From NCBI GenBank assembly GCA_900550145.1, contig URRF01000004.1:1-57467 (forward strand): a stretch of 57,467 bases of DNA, read 5' to 3'. Positions 37,361 to 47,687 of this stretch are shown piece by piece. Numbering within the stretch: the stretch's first letter is position 1; the number at the start of each line of letters is the position of its first letter. The notes beneath the pieces were generated by a model. The model had not been told where the DNA came from. It did no database searches and saw only the letters and a list, made by a program, of their open reading frames with translations. A program made the translations under genes and the position numbers. The stretch comes from an uncultured Mollicutes bacterium. GTDB lineage: Bacteria > Bacillota_I > Bacilli_A > RF39 > UBA660.

Positions 37361-37612
37361 TAAATTTATACTTTAAAAAATTTTATATAAAATTCACGTT
37401 TTTATTTATAGAAATAAAAATAAAAATATGATACAATGCACAATATAGAGAATTCAGAAATTTTGAAACATGTACAAATATGATTATTAATATTATTTTA
37501 TATTTGAAGTGTAAGAATGGAGGTGACTAATAATTAAATAAAATTTAAAATTTCATTTAATAATATAAAATGATATTGTAATAAAGTTTTTATGCATATG
37601 AAGGAGGATATA

Positions 37613-38341
37613 ATGAAAAAGAAAATAATTATATATAATATTGTACTTTTATTTATATTAACTGCCATATCCATTAACAAGAAAATAATACAAAAAGAAC
37701 CAACTATCAAACTTAATGGATTACCAGTTTATAGTACTCACGCAGTTTATGCTTTTGATACTAGTACACCAGAAAAAGCATATGGAGCAAGTAGATATGT
37801 TTTTATAGCAAAAGTAAACGAAATTATAAAGACTGAATATGTAAATCCAACAGAAATTGAAGTTGGCATTTTTAAAACAAAAACAGTTTATGATCCTGTA
37901 ACAATTTATAGTATATCTGTTATTAAAAATATTAAAGGAAATTTAATCACAACAGAACCAATCCAAATAAAACAATATGGAGGAATATCTAAAGATAAAA
38001 AAAGTTATGTTTTTGATTCCAACAGTAGTCTATTAAACATAAATGGTTATTATATGTTTTTAACAGGTGCTGAAGAGAATGGTGGTATTTTAGAAGCAAC
38101 TAATCCAAATAGAATGATATTTTTAGGTACAGATTTAGAATTGATTGAAAATATAGAAGCCAAAAATATTGAAAGCAAAGCTATGGAAAGAGGAACTAAT
38201 GAAGAATTAGTTAAAAAGATTGAATCATATATGTTTGTTGAAAACGAAGAAATACCAACACGTTTTAATGAATCAATGACTATTCCTGTTTTAGATAATA
38301 TATCAAAATATGATATCAATTACGTTAAACAAAGTCACTAA
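37613..38341 (+). CDS. Hypothetical exported/membrane-anchored protein
   Basis: GAAGGAGGA RBS. MKKKIIIYNIVLLFILTAISI N-terminal anchor. No family recognised. Confidence 0.5.
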   Translation: MKKKIIIYNIVLLFILTAISINKKIIQKEPTIKLNGLPVYSTHAVYAFDTSTPEKAYGASRYVFIAKVNEIIKTEYVNPTEIEVGIFKTKTVYDPVTIYSISVIKNIKGNLITTEPIQIKQYGGISKDKKSYVFDSNSSLLNINGYYMFLTGAEENGGILEATNPNRMIFLGTDLELIENIEAKNIESKAMERGTNEELVKKIESYMFVENEEIPTRFNESMTIPVLDNISKYDINYVKQSH

Positions 38342-38354
38342 AATGTGACTTTTT
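38333..38354 (+). terminator. Terminator hairpin spanning the stop codon
   Basis: AGTCAC-taaaat-GTGACT followed by TTTT. Confidence 0.5.
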
Positions 38355-38508
38355 AAATACATATAGTTCTTTTAATTAATTATTGTAAATACATGTTATA
38401 ATTAATATGAAATAATAAAATGTTAAGAAAAATTGCACAAGTTCCAACTAATATTGATAGAATTTAAATCTTATAAATGTTACCCTTATTTTTGAAAGGA
38501 GAAAAAAT

Positions 38509-39090
38509 ATGAATTTAGGAAACAAAATAGTTAGTTTAAGAAAGAAAAATAATTTATCACAAGAAGAATTAGCAGAAAAAGTAGGAGTAACAAGGCAAAC
38601 AATATCAAAATGGGAACTAGAAGAAACTGCTCCTGACATTAATCAAGCAAAAACACTTTCAAAAATATTTAATGTTAGTTTGGATGAATTAACTAACAAC
38701 AATATTAATAGCATTTTAACAGAAAAAATTAGCAATACAGAAAGATTAGCAGGAATCACTATAAAAATATTAAAAGTTATTGGTGTAGGAATGCTAGCAT
38801 TTATTATAATTATTATATTACTTTTTATATTATTAAATATAAAATCTGTATCAAATAAAGATAGGAAAATTACTGGTAAAATGGCGATAAATTGCAAATT
38901 AAATAATGAAGAATATTTATATGAAATAGAACACAATAAAAATTATCAAGTTATAAATGCAGGTGGAGATGCATGGATTTCTAATCATATCGATATTGAA
39001 AATTACATGGATGCAAATCAAGTTATTGCTCATATTGAGGATTATTTTAAAGATCATAATGGTTCTTGTGATGTAAATTACTCAAAATAA
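38509..39090 (+). CDS. Membrane-tethered XRE-family HTH regulator (HTH, TM helix, ~75-aa outside domain)
   Basis: NLSQEELAEKVGVTRQTISKWE HTH. TM helix VIGVGMLAFIIIIILLFILL. TGTTATAAT extended -10 at ~38393. Confidence 0.75.
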   Translation: MNLGNKIVSLRKKNNLSQEELAEKVGVTRQTISKWELEETAPDINQAKTLSKIFNVSLDELTNNNINSILTEKISNTERLAGITIKILKVIGVGMLAFIIIIILLFILLNIKSVSNKDRKITGKMAINCKLNNEEYLYEIEHNKNYQVINAGGDAWISNHIDIENYMDANQVIAHIEDYFKDHNGSCDVNYSK

Positions 39091-39184
39091 AATATAAAAG
39101 TTGGAATAAAAAATATAGCATATTTGACAAATACGTACAAATGTGCTAGTATAACAGACATATTTTTATTTAGGAGGGGTTTGT

Positions 39185-39826
39185 ATGCATAGAGATAGTA
39201 AAATTTTTAGACAATATAAAAGTAAAGAAGGATATAACAAGTACATTTCATATTCATGGGCAACAAAAAGAAAAGAAGGCAATTCTTTTATAGTATTTAT
39301 GGCTGATGAATTGGCAGCAAAATACAATTTAAGTAGGCTATGTGCTAAAAAGATATATAGTTGTATGATATCTGGAGCAAATTATACAATGGTTGATAAT
39401 GTAATTGAATATGTGGTAAATATGTTAGCAAGAATTGGTAAGAATCAAGATGAGATAAATGATATTGTTAACACATTCCTAAGATACGGTATACGTTCAT
39501 CTGTAAAAGAGTTAAATGATTTACTTAGAGTATGCGTAAGTGAAGGTAATGAAATAGAAGAAGTACTTACTGATGATTCTATTACAGCTGGTATGTATGA
39601 TGAAAACACTTTATATTCATTAATTAAAATTACCAAGAAGGGAAGAAATAAAGTAAATTTAGGAACTTTAGCAAAAGTTAATAGTAAATTAAATGATGAA
39701 ACAAAGGAAAAAATAAGAAATATGTATCCTTTAACATCTAAAGCAAGATTTGTTGAACATGTTAAATTCATGCAATACTTAGATAGACGTGTTAAAAGTA
39801 GTAAAGAAAACGTTTTATGTAAATAA
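39185..39826 (+). CDS. Hypothetical protein (213 aa)
   Basis: AGGAGGGG RBS. TTGACA-17-TAGTAT promoter-like element at 39124-39152. No motif recognised. Confidence 0.45.
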   Translation: MHRDSKIFRQYKSKEGYNKYISYSWATKRKEGNSFIVFMADELAAKYNLSRLCAKKIYSCMISGANYTMVDNVIEYVVNMLARIGKNQDEINDIVNTFLRYGIRSSVKELNDLLRVCVSEGNEIEEVLTDDSITAGMYDENTLYSLIKITKKGRNKVNLGTLAKVNSKLNDETKEKIRNMYPLTSKARFVEHVKFMQYLDRRVKSSKENVLCK

Positions 39827-39903
39827 CATAAAATGTTTTTATTTTTATGTTGAAAAACAAAATATTTTTATTGTATAATTAGAGTATAAATATAGGAGGA
39901 TAT

Positions 39904-40362
39904 ATGAAGAAGTATTTTGGTTTAATTGCTTGTTTATTATTAAGTTTATTTGTTTTTACTGGTTGTGAAAAAGTTGAAAATGGTAACTATAAAGAAGGCA
40001 CTTATTTTGGTGCTTATGAAGATAATTATGGTGGAAGTAAATCTATGGCAACTGCAGTTGTGTATGTTGATCAAAATGGAATGATTAAATCAGTATTTTT
40101 AGATACAGTTTATTCAAAAGATTCAGTATTAACAACAAAGAAAACATTAGGTGATGATTATAACATGAAACCAGCCAGTGAAGCTAAAAAAGAATGGTAT
40201 GAACAAGTAAATTTAATTGAGACAAAAGTTATAGAAAATCAAGACATTTCATTTATTAAATTAAATGAGGATGGCAAAACAGATACTATAGCTGGTGTTA
40301 CAATGAAAGTTAATGCTTTATATGAAGCACTTAATAATGCACTTACACAAGCAAAGAAATAG
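39904..40362 (+). CDS. Lipoprotein with FMN_bind-like domain
   Basis: Lipobox LFVFTGC. DTIAGVTMKV resembles the FMN-binding-domain threonine region. AGGAGGA RBS. Confidence 0.45.
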   Translation: MKKYFGLIACLLLSLFVFTGCEKVENGNYKEGTYFGAYEDNYGGSKSMATAVVYVDQNGMIKSVFLDTVYSKDSVLTTKKTLGDDYNMKPASEAKKEWYEQVNLIETKVIENQDISFIKLNEDGKTDTIAGVTMKVNALYEALNNALTQAKK

Positions 40363-40385
40363 AACTTCGGTTCTTTTTTCTTTTA
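40361..40385 (+). terminator. Rho-independent terminator
   Basis: AGAAC-ttcg-GTTCT followed by TTTTTCTTTT. Confidence 0.55.
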
Positions 40386-40432
40386 TTTATTTTAATATTT
40401 TGATATAATATAAATGCTAATGGAGGTATAAC

Positions 40433-42628
40433 ATGGGAAAGAAAAAGAAAAGAAAAGAAAAAGATGAAAGTGAAAAAAACTATAGTCCAGAACTAAATGG
40501 AATATTATTAATACTCATATCAATTATTGGTTTTGGTAAATTTGGTATAGTAGGTGAAATATTAAGTGGTTTTTCTATATTTTTAGTTGGTAGTTGGTGG
40601 GTAATTGTATTATTGCTTACTTTTATAAGTGGTGCATACATGTTAATAAAAAGAGAAAAATTAAATATATTTTCTACTAAACTAATTGGATTATATTTAA
40701 TTATAATTGGCATCCTAATACTTTCTCATATAAATTATGTTGTAGCAAACAATCTAAATGTTGCATCAACATTAAAAGATACTTTAGATCAACTTATTCT
40801 TGCGTTTAAAGGTAGTATAGATGCTAATGGAGGAGGAATAATAGGAGCAGTTTTTTCATTGTTATTTGAAAAACTATTTGCTATAACAGGGACTAAAATA
40901 GTATCAATTGCTTTAATTTTATCAGGTGTAATTATTATGTTTAATGTATCAATAATTACATTTATTAAGAATATATTTTCTAAACTTAAAAATTTATCAT
41001 TTAAAAGAGAGTTCAAAAAACAAGGTATTACTGTAAATGTGGATGAACCAGGAGATTCTGAGGAAATAGAAAACAAAAAGATAATTACAAGTATTTCAGA
41101 ACTTGATAACAATGAAGAAACTGAAAGTGAAAATGAGAAAACTGATGTAGAGGTAATAAATTATGATAATGTGGTATCAAGTACCTATGTACTTCCAGAC
41201 TTTAGACAAATATTAAAAAAACCCCCTAAGGTAAATACTAATGAAAATAAAAATGTAATAAAAGACAATGTTACTAAATTAGAAAAAGTATTAAGTGATT
41301 TTGACATAGTTGGTAAAGTAGTAGAAATAAATGTAGGACCTTCTGTAACACAATACGAAGTTGAACTTAGAAGTGGTACAAAAGTAAATAAAGTATTAAG
41401 TATACAAAGAGAAATAGCACTTGCCCTTGCAGCAAAAGATGTAAGAATACAAGCCCCTATTCCTGGTAAAAGTACAATAGGTATTGAACTTCCAAATAAA
41501 ACTAATGTAGGAGTATCATTAAGAGAAATTATGGAAGATATACCTAAATCTATGGATAATAGTAAACTAGTTGTTGCATTAGGTAAAAACATAATGGGTA
41601 AAACTATGTTCATGGAAATAAATAAAACTCCACATTTATTAGTTGCAGGTGCTACTGGTAGTGGTAAATCAGTATGCATTAATTCAATAATCACAACAAT
41701 ATTGTTAAGAACTAGACCTGATGAAGTAAAAATGGTATTAGTTGATCCAAAAAAGGTTGAAATGAGTATGTATAATGGAGTTCCACATCTACTTATGCCT
41801 GTTGTAACAGATCCAAAAAAGGCCTCTATTGCACTTATGAAGATGGTATCAGAAATGGAAAGACGTTACAATCTATTTGAAGAAACTAGAACAAAAAATA
41901 TTACAGATTATAATAAATATGTTGATGATAGAACAAAAAATTTAAACGGTCACGCTGAAAAGCTTCCGTATATAGTAATAATAATTGATGAACTTGCTGA
42001 CTTAATGCTTGTTGCAGCAAAAGAAGTTGAAGATTCAATACTTAGAATTACGCAAATGGCTCGTGCAGCGGGAATACATTTGATTGTAGCAACACAAAGA
42101 CCATCAACAGATGTAATAACAGGTATAGTAAAAGCAAACATTCCTTCACGTATATCCTTTGCAGTATCATCATCAATTGATTCTAGAACTATACTTGATA
42201 TGACGGGTGCAGAAAAACTACTTGGAAAAGGTGATATGTTATTTTTACCAATGGGAGAAAATACACCAATAAGAATACAAGGTGCATTTGTATCTGATGA
42301 TGAGATAAATAAAGTAATTGATTATACTGTTTCACAGCAAAAAGCACAATATGATGAAAAATTTAATACAACAGATTCTGCTACTCAAATGCATAATGAC
42401 GGAGATAGTGAAGAAGAATATGATGATCCTCTTTACAACGATATAAGAGAATTTGTAATAAGAAGTGGCAAGGCAAGTGCATCATTACTTCAAAGAAAAT
42501 ACAAACTTGGTTATAATAGAGCAGCAAGAATAATGGATTTGCTTGAAGAAAGAGGAATAGTTGGACCTCAAAATGGTTCTAAGCCAAGAGAAGTATTAGT
42601 AAAATTAGAAGAAAAAGGAGATGAATAA
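40433..42628 (+). CDS. ftsK: DNA translocase FtsK/SpoIIIE
   Basis: 731 aa. N-terminal TM helices, Walker A GATGSGKS, IIDELADL, ATQRPS, winged-helix gamma domain SASLLQRKYKLGYNRAARIMDLLEERGIVGP. Confidence 0.92.
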   Translation: MGKKKKRKEKDESEKNYSPELNGILLILISIIGFGKFGIVGEILSGFSIFLVGSWWVIVLLLTFISGAYMLIKREKLNIFSTKLIGLYLIIIGILILSHINYVVANNLNVASTLKDTLDQLILAFKGSIDANGGGIIGAVFSLLFEKLFAITGTKIVSIALILSGVIIMFNVSIITFIKNIFSKLKNLSFKREFKKQGITVNVDEPGDSEEIENKKIITSISELDNNEETESENEKTDVEVINYDNVVSSTYVLPDFRQILKKPPKVNTNENKNVIKDNVTKLEKVLSDFDIVGKVVEINVGPSVTQYEVELRSGTKVNKVLSIQREIALALAAKDVRIQAPIPGKSTIGIELPNKTNVGVSLREIMEDIPKSMDNSKLVVALGKNIMGKTMFMEINKTPHLLVAGATGSGKSVCINSIITTILLRTRPDEVKMVLVDPKKVEMSMYNGVPHLLMPVVTDPKKASIALMKMVSEMERRYNLFEETRTKNITDYNKYVDDRTKNLNGHAEKLPYIVIIIDELADLMLVAAKEVEDSILRITQMARAAGIHLIVATQRPSTDVITGIVKANIPSRISFAVSSSIDSRTILDMTGAEKLLGKGDMLFLPMGENTPIRIQGAFVSDDEINKVIDYTVSQQKAQYDEKFNTTDSATQMHNDGDSEEEYDDPLYNDIREFVIRSGKASASLLQRKYKLGYNRAARIMDLLEERGIVGPQNGSKPREVLVKLEEKGDE

Positions 42629-42631
42629 TAT

Positions 42632-43300
42632 ATGAGCGGAGATTCTTACTTTTTAATTCTTATTTCAAAAGAAGGAACAAAATATAGAGTTTATTCAAAA
42701 CCAATTTCGTTAAAAGAAATAGATTTAAGAACTACTAAATACGATAGTAAAAATCAATTAATTAATACAATTAAGAGAAATTGTAATATTGAAGATGAAA
42801 TTATAGATGTAGAAATTTTAAGACAGCCAAATAAAAAGAAACAAAAATTTATAAAAGAAGTAGGTCCTTTATATAAAAAAGATAAAAATGTTTTAGATGC
42901 CGATATAATTGGTACTGAATTTGAAATAATGGCTCATAATAGAGAGTTCATTTTATGGTTTATTAATAAATATAGTAAAGTTAAAAATTTTGCAGGATAT
43001 ATAAATACAATAGAAAATATGATAATTAATCAAAAAAATTATTTTGAAGAATTACAACATCTAGTAGACATGATATCATCTTCTTATAAGGGATGTAGAA
43101 ATATCTATTTATATATGCAAAAATATAAAAAACAAAAGGAAAAATCAAAAACATCAAAAAAAGAAACATTTTTAACTGATGATGAAATTAAAAAATATGA
43201 ATTAATGTATTTAAAAGAATATGAAAGAGAACTTTTAGATTTGTCTGATTTTAATCATTATCCTGAATTATCACCTTTTGATGATGTAAAAATAAAATAA
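42632..43300 (+). CDS. Hypothetical protein between ftsK and the Xer recombinase
   Basis: 222-aa Lys-rich ORF. No motif recognised. Confidence 0.4.
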   Translation: MSGDSYFLILISKEGTKYRVYSKPISLKEIDLRTTKYDSKNQLINTIKRNCNIEDEIIDVEILRQPNKKKQKFIKEVGPLYKKDKNVLDADIIGTEFEIMAHNREFILWFINKYSKVKNFAGYINTIENMIINQKNYFEELQHLVDMISSSYKGCRNIYLYMQKYKKQKEKSKTSKKETFLTDDEIKKYELMYLKEYERELLDLSDFNHYPELSPFDDVKIK

Positions 43301-43301
43301 T

Positions 43302-44198
43302 ATGGAAAAAAATATAGTTAATTTTGAAAAATATCTTAATATTGAAAGGAACTATAGCAATTATACCATAAAGAACTATTTGATAGACATAACTGAATTT
43401 ATTACATATTGTAATAATTTTAATAAAAACTATTTGAATATTAAATACACTGATATTAAATCATATCTTACTCATCTTTATGAAAAAAAATATAAATCAA
43501 CAACAATATCAAGAAAAATAAGTGCATTAAGAACATTTTATGCGTTTTTATACGATAAAAATATAGTTGATAAAAATGTATTTGAATATATTACGCTTCC
43601 AAAGAAAGAAAAAAGATTACCCAAATATTTAAGCAATGATGATATAGATGAAATATTTAAAATAATAGATATAAGTACACCACTGGGAATAAGAAATAGG
43701 TTAATACTAGAATTATTATATGGCTCAGGTCTTAGAGTATCAGAACTTTGCAATATAAAATTATCTGACATTGATTTTTCTAATAAATCAATAAGAATTA
43801 TTGGTAAAGGAAAAAAAGAAAGAATAGTTTATTATGGAGAACCATGTAAAAGAATAATAGATCTATATTTAAATGGCACAAGAGATGAAATATTAGGTAA
43901 AAATAAAAATGAATATTTAATAATTGGAAATAAAAAAAGTAATAAAAGCTTGTCAGTAAGAAGTGTAGAACTTATATTAAATAATATTATAGAATCTACG
44001 TCACTGAATAAAAAAGCCAGTCCACATACACTAAGACATACATTTGCGACACACTTATTAAATGATGGATGTGACATTCTAATTGTAAAAGAATTGCTTG
44101 GGCATTCCTCACTAGATACAACTGGAATTTATACTCATATTAGTAATGAAAGGTTGAGAAAAGTTTATCTTAATAATCATCCACGTGCTAAAAAGTAG
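43302..44198 (+). CDS. XerC/XerD-family tyrosine site-specific recombinase
   Basis: 298 aa. LLYGSGLRVSE (Arg I), HTLRHTFATHLL (H-x-x-R), LLGHSSLDTTGIYTH (catalytic Tyr). SAM-like N-terminal domain. Confidence 0.85.
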   Translation: MEKNIVNFEKYLNIERNYSNYTIKNYLIDITEFITYCNNFNKNYLNIKYTDIKSYLTHLYEKKYKSTTISRKISALRTFYAFLYDKNIVDKNVFEYITLPKKEKRLPKYLSNDDIDEIFKIIDISTPLGIRNRLILELLYGSGLRVSELCNIKLSDIDFSNKSIRIIGKGKKERIVYYGEPCKRIIDLYLNGTRDEILGKNKNEYLIIGNKKSNKSLSVRSVELILNNIIESTSLNKKASPHTLRHTFATHLLNDGCDILIVKELLGHSSLDTTGIYTHISNERLRKVYLNNHPRAKK

Positions 44199-44247
44199 TT
44201 GCAAAAATTATTTTAGTATGTATAATAAGTGAAAAAGGAGCATGATT

Positions 44248-44745
44248 ATGAAAATTAATAAGAATATTGAAAAATATAAAAATTATGTTAGAGTAGCACT
44301 TAAAGACGCTTATGGATTTAATGAAGAAGAAATAAAAGATGCTATGCAAAATATTGAACTTGCAAGAATAGAAGCATTGGCTAGAGGAGCAGATGAAAAT
44401 ATGACTTTTGCCATAATAAGAAAGGCCGTTTTCTCATTCGTTTCCAGTAGAAATAAAGAAAGATCTGAATTGTTAAATAAAGGAAATGTAGAAGATGTAG
44501 AGGATGTAAAACAAGATAGTACAGTTTACGATATTGTGTTAAATGCATTTGATAACTTAAATAAAAAACAAAAGGGTTCATTCTTTTGTGGGCTTTTAAA
44601 ATCACCTACAGAAAAAGAAGCAATTTTAGAATATGCTGATACTGTAGATAAACTAGCAGAAAAAATTGCAGAAAAAAATCCAGATCTTGCTGATTCTGTA
44701 TATAAGGAATTATATGATAGAGTCGTAATCACAAAAACAAGATAA
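44248..44745 (+). CDS. Hypothetical protein (165 aa)
   Basis: AAGGAG RBS 7 nt before ATG 44248. Helical, acidic. No family recognised. Confidence 0.4.
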   Translation: MKINKNIEKYKNYVRVALKDAYGFNEEEIKDAMQNIELARIEALARGADENMTFAIIRKAVFSFVSSRNKERSELLNKGNVEDVEDVKQDSTVYDIVLNAFDNLNKKQKGSFFCGLLKSPTEKEAILEYADTVDKLAEKIAEKNPDLADSVYKELYDRVVITKTR

Positions 44746-44781
44746 TAAAATATTAAAATATTAAAAATAATCTATATATTA

Positions 44782-44810
44782 TTGATAGGTTATTTTTTTT
44801 TTGATATACT
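44782..44810 (+). promoter_or_regulatory. Near-consensus sigma-A promoter of ppdK
   Basis: TTGATA (44782-44787), 17-nt spacer, TATACT (44805-44810) with a TG extension at 44802-44803. Confidence 0.65.
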
Positions 44811-44838
44811 AAAATGGTCAGGATGAAAGGAGCACAAT

Positions 44839-47472
44839 ATGGCAAAATATGTATATGCCTTTAACGAAGGTAAAAAAGAAATGAAAAATTTATTAGGTGG
44901 AAAAGGAGCAAACCTAGCCGAAATGACTAATATAGGTATGCCTGTTCCAAATGGTTTTACTATTACAACAGAAGCATGTACAAAATACTATGAAGATGGT
45001 AAGACTATATCTCATGAAATAGAGGAAGAAATATTTTCAAAACTAGAAGAATTAGAGAACAAAACTGGTAAAAAAATAGGTGATATGAATAATCCATTAC
45101 TAGTTAGCGTTAGAAGTGGTGCAAGAGCAAGTATGCCAGGTATGATGGATACTGTACTTAATTTAGGACTTAATGATAAAGTTGCAGAAGGATTCGCGAA
45201 TGCAACAAATAATAAAAGATTTGCATACGATTCATATAGAAGATTTATTCAAATGTTTGCAGATGTTGTAAAAGGTTATCCTAAATCTTCATTTGAGAGA
45301 TATTTTGATAAAATAAAAGAAGAAAAAGGAGTAAAAAACGATTTAGAATTAACTGCTGATGACATGGTAGAAGTTACTATGAAATTTAAAGAAAATTATA
45401 AAGAATTAGCAGGAGAAGAGTTTCCACAAGATCCAAAAGTACAATTGTTAGAAGCCGTAAAAGCAGTATTTAGATCTTGGATGAATGAAAGAGCAATTGT
45501 ATATAGAAGATTAAATGATATACCAAGTGATTGGGGAACAGCTGTAAATGTTCAAGAAATGGTATATGGTAATCGTGGAAACGATTGTGGTACAGGTGTT
45601 GCCTTTACAAGAAATCCAGCAACTGGTGAAAAAAAACTATATGGAGAATATTTAATAAATGCTCAAGGAGAAGATGTTGTTGCTGGCATTAGAACACCAG
45701 AACCAATATCAAAACTTGAAAGTGATATGCCAGAGGTATACAATCAATTTGTAAAAATCGCAAACATGTTAGAAAATCACTATAAAGACATGCAAGATAT
45801 GGAATTTACAATTGAAAATGGTAAATTATTTATGCTTCAAACTAGAAATGGTAAAAGAACTGCACAAGCTGCTTTAAAAATAGCTGTTGATTTAGTAAGT
45901 GAAGGTATGATTACAAAAGAAGAAGCACTTCTTAAAGTAGAACCAAAACAATTAGATCAACTATTACATAAAACATTTGATTCTGAAGCATTAAAAAATG
46001 GTAAAGTTATTGCAAAAGGTTTAGCCGCATCTCCAGGTGCTGCTACTGGTAGAATTTATTTTACTGCAAAAGATGTAGTAAACGCAAAAGAAAATGGAGT
46101 TAAAGATACACTTTTAGTAAGATTAGAAACTAGTCCAGAAGATATTGAAGGTATGAACTCTGCAAATGGTATTTTAACTGTAAGAGGTGGAATGACAAGC
46201 CATGCTGCTGTAGTTGCAAGAGGTATGGGAAGATGTTGTGTATGCGGTTGTGGAGAATTAATAATTAATGAAGACAATAAAACAATAACTACAAAAGATG
46301 GAACTGTATATAAAGAAGGAGATTACATGAGTTTAGATGGATCTACTGGTAATGTATATGGTGAAGAAATTAAAACTGTAGAACCAGAAATAAGTGGAGA
46401 TTTTGAAACATTTATGAATTGGGCTGATGCTGTACGTAAATTAAAAGTAAGAACTAATGCAGATACACCAAGAGATGCAAAGCAAGCAAGAAAGTTTGGT
46501 GCAGAAGGTATTGGTTTATGTAGAACTGAGCATATGTTCTTCGAAGAAGATAGAATCTTCAACTTTAGAAAGATGATTGCAGCAGAAACAGTTTCTCAAA
46601 GAGAAGAGGCATTAGAAAAAATACTTCCATATCAAAGAGGAGATTTTGAAGAATTATTTAGAGCAATGGCTCCATATTCAGTTACAATCCGTTATTTAGA
46701 TCCACCACTACACGAATTTTTACCACATACAGATGAAGAAATTAAGCCACTTGCAGAAAGCTTAGGAATGACTTTTGAAGCATTAAAAGAAAGAGTTGAG
46801 TCACTAAAAGAATTCAATCCAATGATGGGTCATAGAGGATGTAGATTAGCTGTTACATATCCAGAAATAGCAAAAATGCAAACAAAAGCAGTAATAGAAG
46901 CTGCAATAAATGTAAACAAAGAGGGATTAAATGTAGAACCAGAAATAATGATTCCATTAGTAGGTGAAGTAAAAGAACTAAAATATGTAAAAAATATAGT
47001 ATGTGAAACTGCTGATGAAATAATTAAAAATAGTGGTGTAAATTTAAAATATAAAGTAGGTACAATGATAGAAATTCCAAGAGCTGCATTAACAGCAGAT
47101 GAAATAGCAAAAGAAGCAGAATTCTTCTCATTTGGTACAAACGATTTAACACAAATGACTTATGGATTCAGTCGTGATGATGCTTCTAAATTCTTAAAAG
47201 ATTACTATGACAAACAAATTTTCGAATCAGATCCATTTGCTAAATTAGACCAAGTAGGCGTTGGCAAATTAGTTAAAATGGCAGTTGAATTAGGAAAACA
47301 AACAAGACCTGATATTCATCTTGGAATATGTGGAGAACATGGTGGGGAACCATCATCAGTTGAATTCTGTCATAAAGTAGGACTTGATTATGTATCTTGT
47401 TCACCATTTAGAGTACCACTTGCAAGATTAGCATCTGCACAAGCTGCAATCAAATCAGAAACACAAAAATAA
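44839..47472 (+). CDS. ppdK: Pyruvate, phosphate dikinase
   Basis: 877 aa. GGKGANLAEM, phosphohistidine segment GGMTSHAAVVARG, PEP-utilising C-terminal domain FFSFGTNDLTQ and GICGEHGG. Confidence 0.95.
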   Translation: MAKYVYAFNEGKKEMKNLLGGKGANLAEMTNIGMPVPNGFTITTEACTKYYEDGKTISHEIEEEIFSKLEELENKTGKKIGDMNNPLLVSVRSGARASMPGMMDTVLNLGLNDKVAEGFANATNNKRFAYDSYRRFIQMFADVVKGYPKSSFERYFDKIKEEKGVKNDLELTADDMVEVTMKFKENYKELAGEEFPQDPKVQLLEAVKAVFRSWMNERAIVYRRLNDIPSDWGTAVNVQEMVYGNRGNDCGTGVAFTRNPATGEKKLYGEYLINAQGEDVVAGIRTPEPISKLESDMPEVYNQFVKIANMLENHYKDMQDMEFTIENGKLFMLQTRNGKRTAQAALKIAVDLVSEGMITKEEALLKVEPKQLDQLLHKTFDSEALKNGKVIAKGLAASPGAATGRIYFTAKDVVNAKENGVKDTLLVRLETSPEDIEGMNSANGILTVRGGMTSHAAVVARGMGRCCVCGCGELIINEDNKTITTKDGTVYKEGDYMSLDGSTGNVYGEEIKTVEPEISGDFETFMNWADAVRKLKVRTNADTPRDAKQARKFGAEGIGLCRTEHMFFEEDRIFNFRKMIAAETVSQREEALEKILPYQRGDFEELFRAMAPYSVTIRYLDPPLHEFLPHTDEEIKPLAESLGMTFEALKERVESLKEFNPMMGHRGCRLAVTYPEIAKMQTKAVIEAAINVNKEGLNVEPEIMIPLVGEVKELKYVKNIVCETADEIIKNSGVNLKYKVGTMIEIPRAALTADEIAKEAEFFSFGTNDLTQMTYGFSRDDASKFLKDYYDKQIFESDPFAKLDQVGVGKLVKMAVELGKQTRPDIHLGICGEHGGEPSSVEFCHKVGLDYVSCSPFRVPLARLASAQAAIKSETQK

Positions 47473-47598
47473 TGTTAAACACATTCTGATAAGAATGATA
47501 CAATAAAATTAAAGATTATTGAAATACAACATGAAGATAAATTAATTGTAAAGTAATTTTGTTATTTTATGTGGCATTAGTTTAAAACAATATTATTT

Positions 47599-47607
47599 TG
47601 ATATACT
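47599..47607 (+). promoter_or_regulatory. Orphan extended -10 element TGATATACT in the ppdK-downstream spacer
   Basis: Same 9-mer as the ppdK and deoD promoters. No ORF with an RBS follows before the terminator at 47688-47718. Confidence 0.35.
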
Positions 47608-47687
47608 AATTAGTGAAATTTTCATAAAATATAGTATATCTACTTCCCAATAACTAGTGATTAATAAATGATCCTAGTTGGAAATAC

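Noticed and set aside
39811-39851. Three-segment alternative hairpin (TTTTATGT / AACATAAAA / TTTTATGTT) around the stop codon of the 213-aa gene, considered as an attenuator
   Set aside because: The stems are AT-only, neither alternative is followed by a U-tract, and no leader peptide or downstream regulated gene is positioned appropriately. It is probably a weak terminator or coincidence.
36747-40400. Integrated island at tRNA-Met delimited by a repeat of the tRNA 3-prime end
   Set aside because: No copy of the GC-rich tRNA 3-prime segment (GGTTCGAATCCCCCTCTCGC) or a recognisable part of it was seen downstream, and no integrase is present.
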